Below, one piece after another: positions 62,429 through 64,000 of a DNA stretch of 64,000 nucleotides. The translations under genes and the position numbers were made by a program. Under the pieces are notes generated by a model. The model saw only the letters and a list, made by a program, of their open reading frames with translations, was not told where the DNA came from and ran no database searches. This DNA comes from an uncultured Alphaproteobacteria bacterium. GTDB lineage: Bacteria; Electryoneota; RPQS01. Positions within the stretch are counted from its first letter, which is position 1, and each line of letters begins with the position of its first letter. The stretch spans positions 8,654 to 72,653 of the forward strand of contig CAZHAK010000012.1 of assembly GCA_964530625.1 (NCBI GenBank), written 5' to 3'.

Positions 62429-63045
62429 TATGGAAATCTCCGGTTAACTTGAGTAGTTGTGTTATAACACTTAGCAAGCCTTATGCCACAACGATTAGCT
62501 CCAATAATTTAGCGTCCTACTTCTTCTATATTGCCGCGAAGCAACTGTTTCTTACGTGTAAACGGGGGATAAGGAGTCGGCAAAAATAGCCCTGGGCAAG
62601 AAACTTTTGTTACCCACGGAGTGCCGCTTGACTTTCTCCCACCCCAAAGCTACCTTATCTATGTGATATCCCGACCCCAACCATTGTTTCTACCCCTCTT
62701 CCCATTTCGACCGGTCATCCGGGGGCAGAATCCAGGCTTCCTCGTAGCTGTCCACAGAATTGTGAGGGATAGGGGAGTTTACTACCCTGTTGCAGCCGCA
62801 CCCGCCGCGGTTGCCCCAACGCACCCATCACAGGGTCGAGCCTCCGGCTCGACAAACCACCGAGAATTATCTCACCCGGAACGAGTTCGCGGTCGCGCCT
62901 TCCGGGGCCTCCTCTCCCCCACTGTTTCAACTACTTCCTAAGTTGCGACAGGATAGCTGGCCTGTTCATTGAGTGGTAAGTCTCTTGATGACCAGTGATT
63001 ATGGGGAAATTAACGTGACTCAACCACAAAACACAAGGCAAAAAA

Positions 63046-64000
63046 ATGATACAGAGGAAGACTCTACTCACGAAAGAATCATTGGCAGAGTTGGCCTCGG
63101 CAAACGAGCCGCCGTGTCTTTCGCTTTACCAGCCGACCCATCGGCACAGTCCCGCAAATCAGCAGGATGTAATACGCTTTCGCAATCTCGTCCGGGAGCT
63201 TGAGAAATCCCTCCGACAGAAGTACTCGGACCTCGAAACCCGAAATATTCTGGAGCCGCTTCAAGCCCTCACCCTCGAAACTGACTTTTGGAACCATACA
63301 CTGGACGGATTGGCCGTGCTAAGAGGGCCAAGTGTTTTTCACGTATACAGGCTTCAGCGACCAGTCCCCGAGCTAGCTATCGTTGCCGACAGTTTTCACA
63401 CCAAACCTTTGCGAAGGTTTTTGCAAACGGTCGGTCGCTTCCAGGTTCTGGGTTTGAGCCAAAGCGAGATCCAGCTTTTTGAGGGAAACCGCAACGACCT
63501 TGATGAGATTGAATTGGCACCAGGTGTTCCGAGGACATCCACTGAGGCCCTCGGTGAAACACTGAACAAGTCACATCTGACCGTCTCGTCTTATGGCGGA
63601 ATCGGCCAGGGGAGCACACCGATGCATCACGGCCACCGCGGAAGACAGGAAGCGGTCAAGGCCGATACGGAGAAGTTTTTTCGAGCCATCGATCGCGCGG
63701 TGCTTGAGCACCATTCCCGACCGTCCGGTCTGCCCTTGATCCTCGCGGCATTACCGGAGCATCATCATCTTTTCCAAAGTGTCAGCCATAACCAGTTTCT
63801 GTGGCCGGAGGGAATCGATATCAATCCGCTTGACCTGCCGATCGACGAATTTCGAGCACGAGCCTGGCAAGTCGTCGAGCCGCGATATCAGACACAACTA
63901 GTAGAACTTGCCGACGAGTTTGCCGTTGCGAAGTCTAAGGGGCTCGGCAGTGACGACATAGCGCAAGCAGCTCAGGCGGCCTCCGAGGGGCGTGTCGCGA
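63046..64000 (+). CDS. Open-ended ORF of at least 318 aa that runs off the right edge and is not in the supplied ORF track. Hypothetical protein with a GGQ-like GGIGQG loop and His clusters; candidate eRF1/Pelota-like (baeRF-type) fold.
   Basis: Hand-translated from 63046 to 64000 with no stop. In-frame TGA at 63016. AAGG 7 nt upstream of the ATG. Translation begins MIQRKTLLTKESLAELASANEPPCLSLYQPTHRHSPANQQDVIRFRNLVREL... and contains SSYGGIGQGSTPMHHGHRGR. Confidence 0.55.
   Translation, partial: MIQRKTLLTKESLAELASANEPPCLSLYQPTHRHSPANQQDVIRFRNLVRELEKSLRQKYSDLETRNILEPLQALTLETDFWNHTLDGLAVLRGPSVFHVYRLQRPVPELAIVADSFHTKPLRRFLQTVGRFQVLGLSQSEIQLFEGNRNDLDEIELAPGVPRTSTEALGETLNKSHLTVSSYGGIGQGSTPMHHGHRGRQEAVKADTEKFFRAIDRAVLEHHSRPSGLPLILAALPEHHHLFQSVSHNQFLWPEGIDINPLDLPIDEFRARAWQVVEPRYQTQLVELADEFAVAKSKGLGSDDIAQAAQAASEGRVA

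Noticed and set aside
62429-63045. RNase P RNA, tmRNA or SRP RNA in the long pyrimidine-rich intergenic region.
   Set aside because: Signature blocks (GGAAAGTCCGGGCTCC / ACAGAACCCGGCTTA for RNase P; GGGGCTGATTCTGGATTCGACGGG and the TpsiC-arm GGTTCGA for tmRNA; the SRP domain IV motif) were not found on either strand. Only a loose resemblance (GGGGCAGAATCCAGG) was seen.

Overview
The window is dominated by a single minus-strand translation/transcription supercluster of about 33 kb. Reading in the direction of transcription (high to low coordinate) it is: cysS, then tRNA-Thr(TGT), tRNA-Tyr(GTA), tRNA-Gly(TCC), tRNA-Thr(GGT), tuf, tRNA-Trp(CCA), secE, an inserted Zn-ribbon SAM methyltransferase, nusG, rplK, rplA, rplJ, rplL, rpoB, rpoC, rpsL, rpsG, fusA, then the complete S10, spc and alpha operons (rpsJ through rplQ, including secY, adk, map, infA and rpmJ). 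A rho-independent terminator shared with a convergent plus-strand gene closes the cluster.

Flanking regions carry accessory-looking genes. These include three proteins with C-terminal Por/T9SS sorting domains (YPNPFN motif): a parallel beta-helix protein, an 886-aa hypothetical, and an M4 thermolysin-like HEXXH metalloprotease. There are also an NAD-dependent epimerase, an Atg22-like MFS transporter, a ClC channel, suhB, an H-box-only kinase-like protein, a 1033-aa YhaN/Rad50-like coiled-coil ATPase, an outer-membrane beta-barrel protein, mutM, folC, purF, pgsA, and a DUF1611 protein paired with a threonine-synthase-like PLP enzyme.

The 3' end of the window (61.2-64.0 kb) looks the most accessory. 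It has long non-coding stretches, a small protein gene, an XRE-family regulator, and an open-ended ORF of at least 318 aa that runs off the right edge and is therefore absent from the six-frame ORF track. That ORF carries a GGQ-like G-I-G-Q-G loop. T9SS C-terminal domains together with the tRNA-tuf-secE-nusG-rplKAJL-rpoBC-str-S10 layout suggest an FCB-superphylum-like organism of moderate-to-high GC. I did not recognise any CRISPR array, rRNA gene or transposase. All calls are from reading the sequence and motif memory only; no database searches were run.
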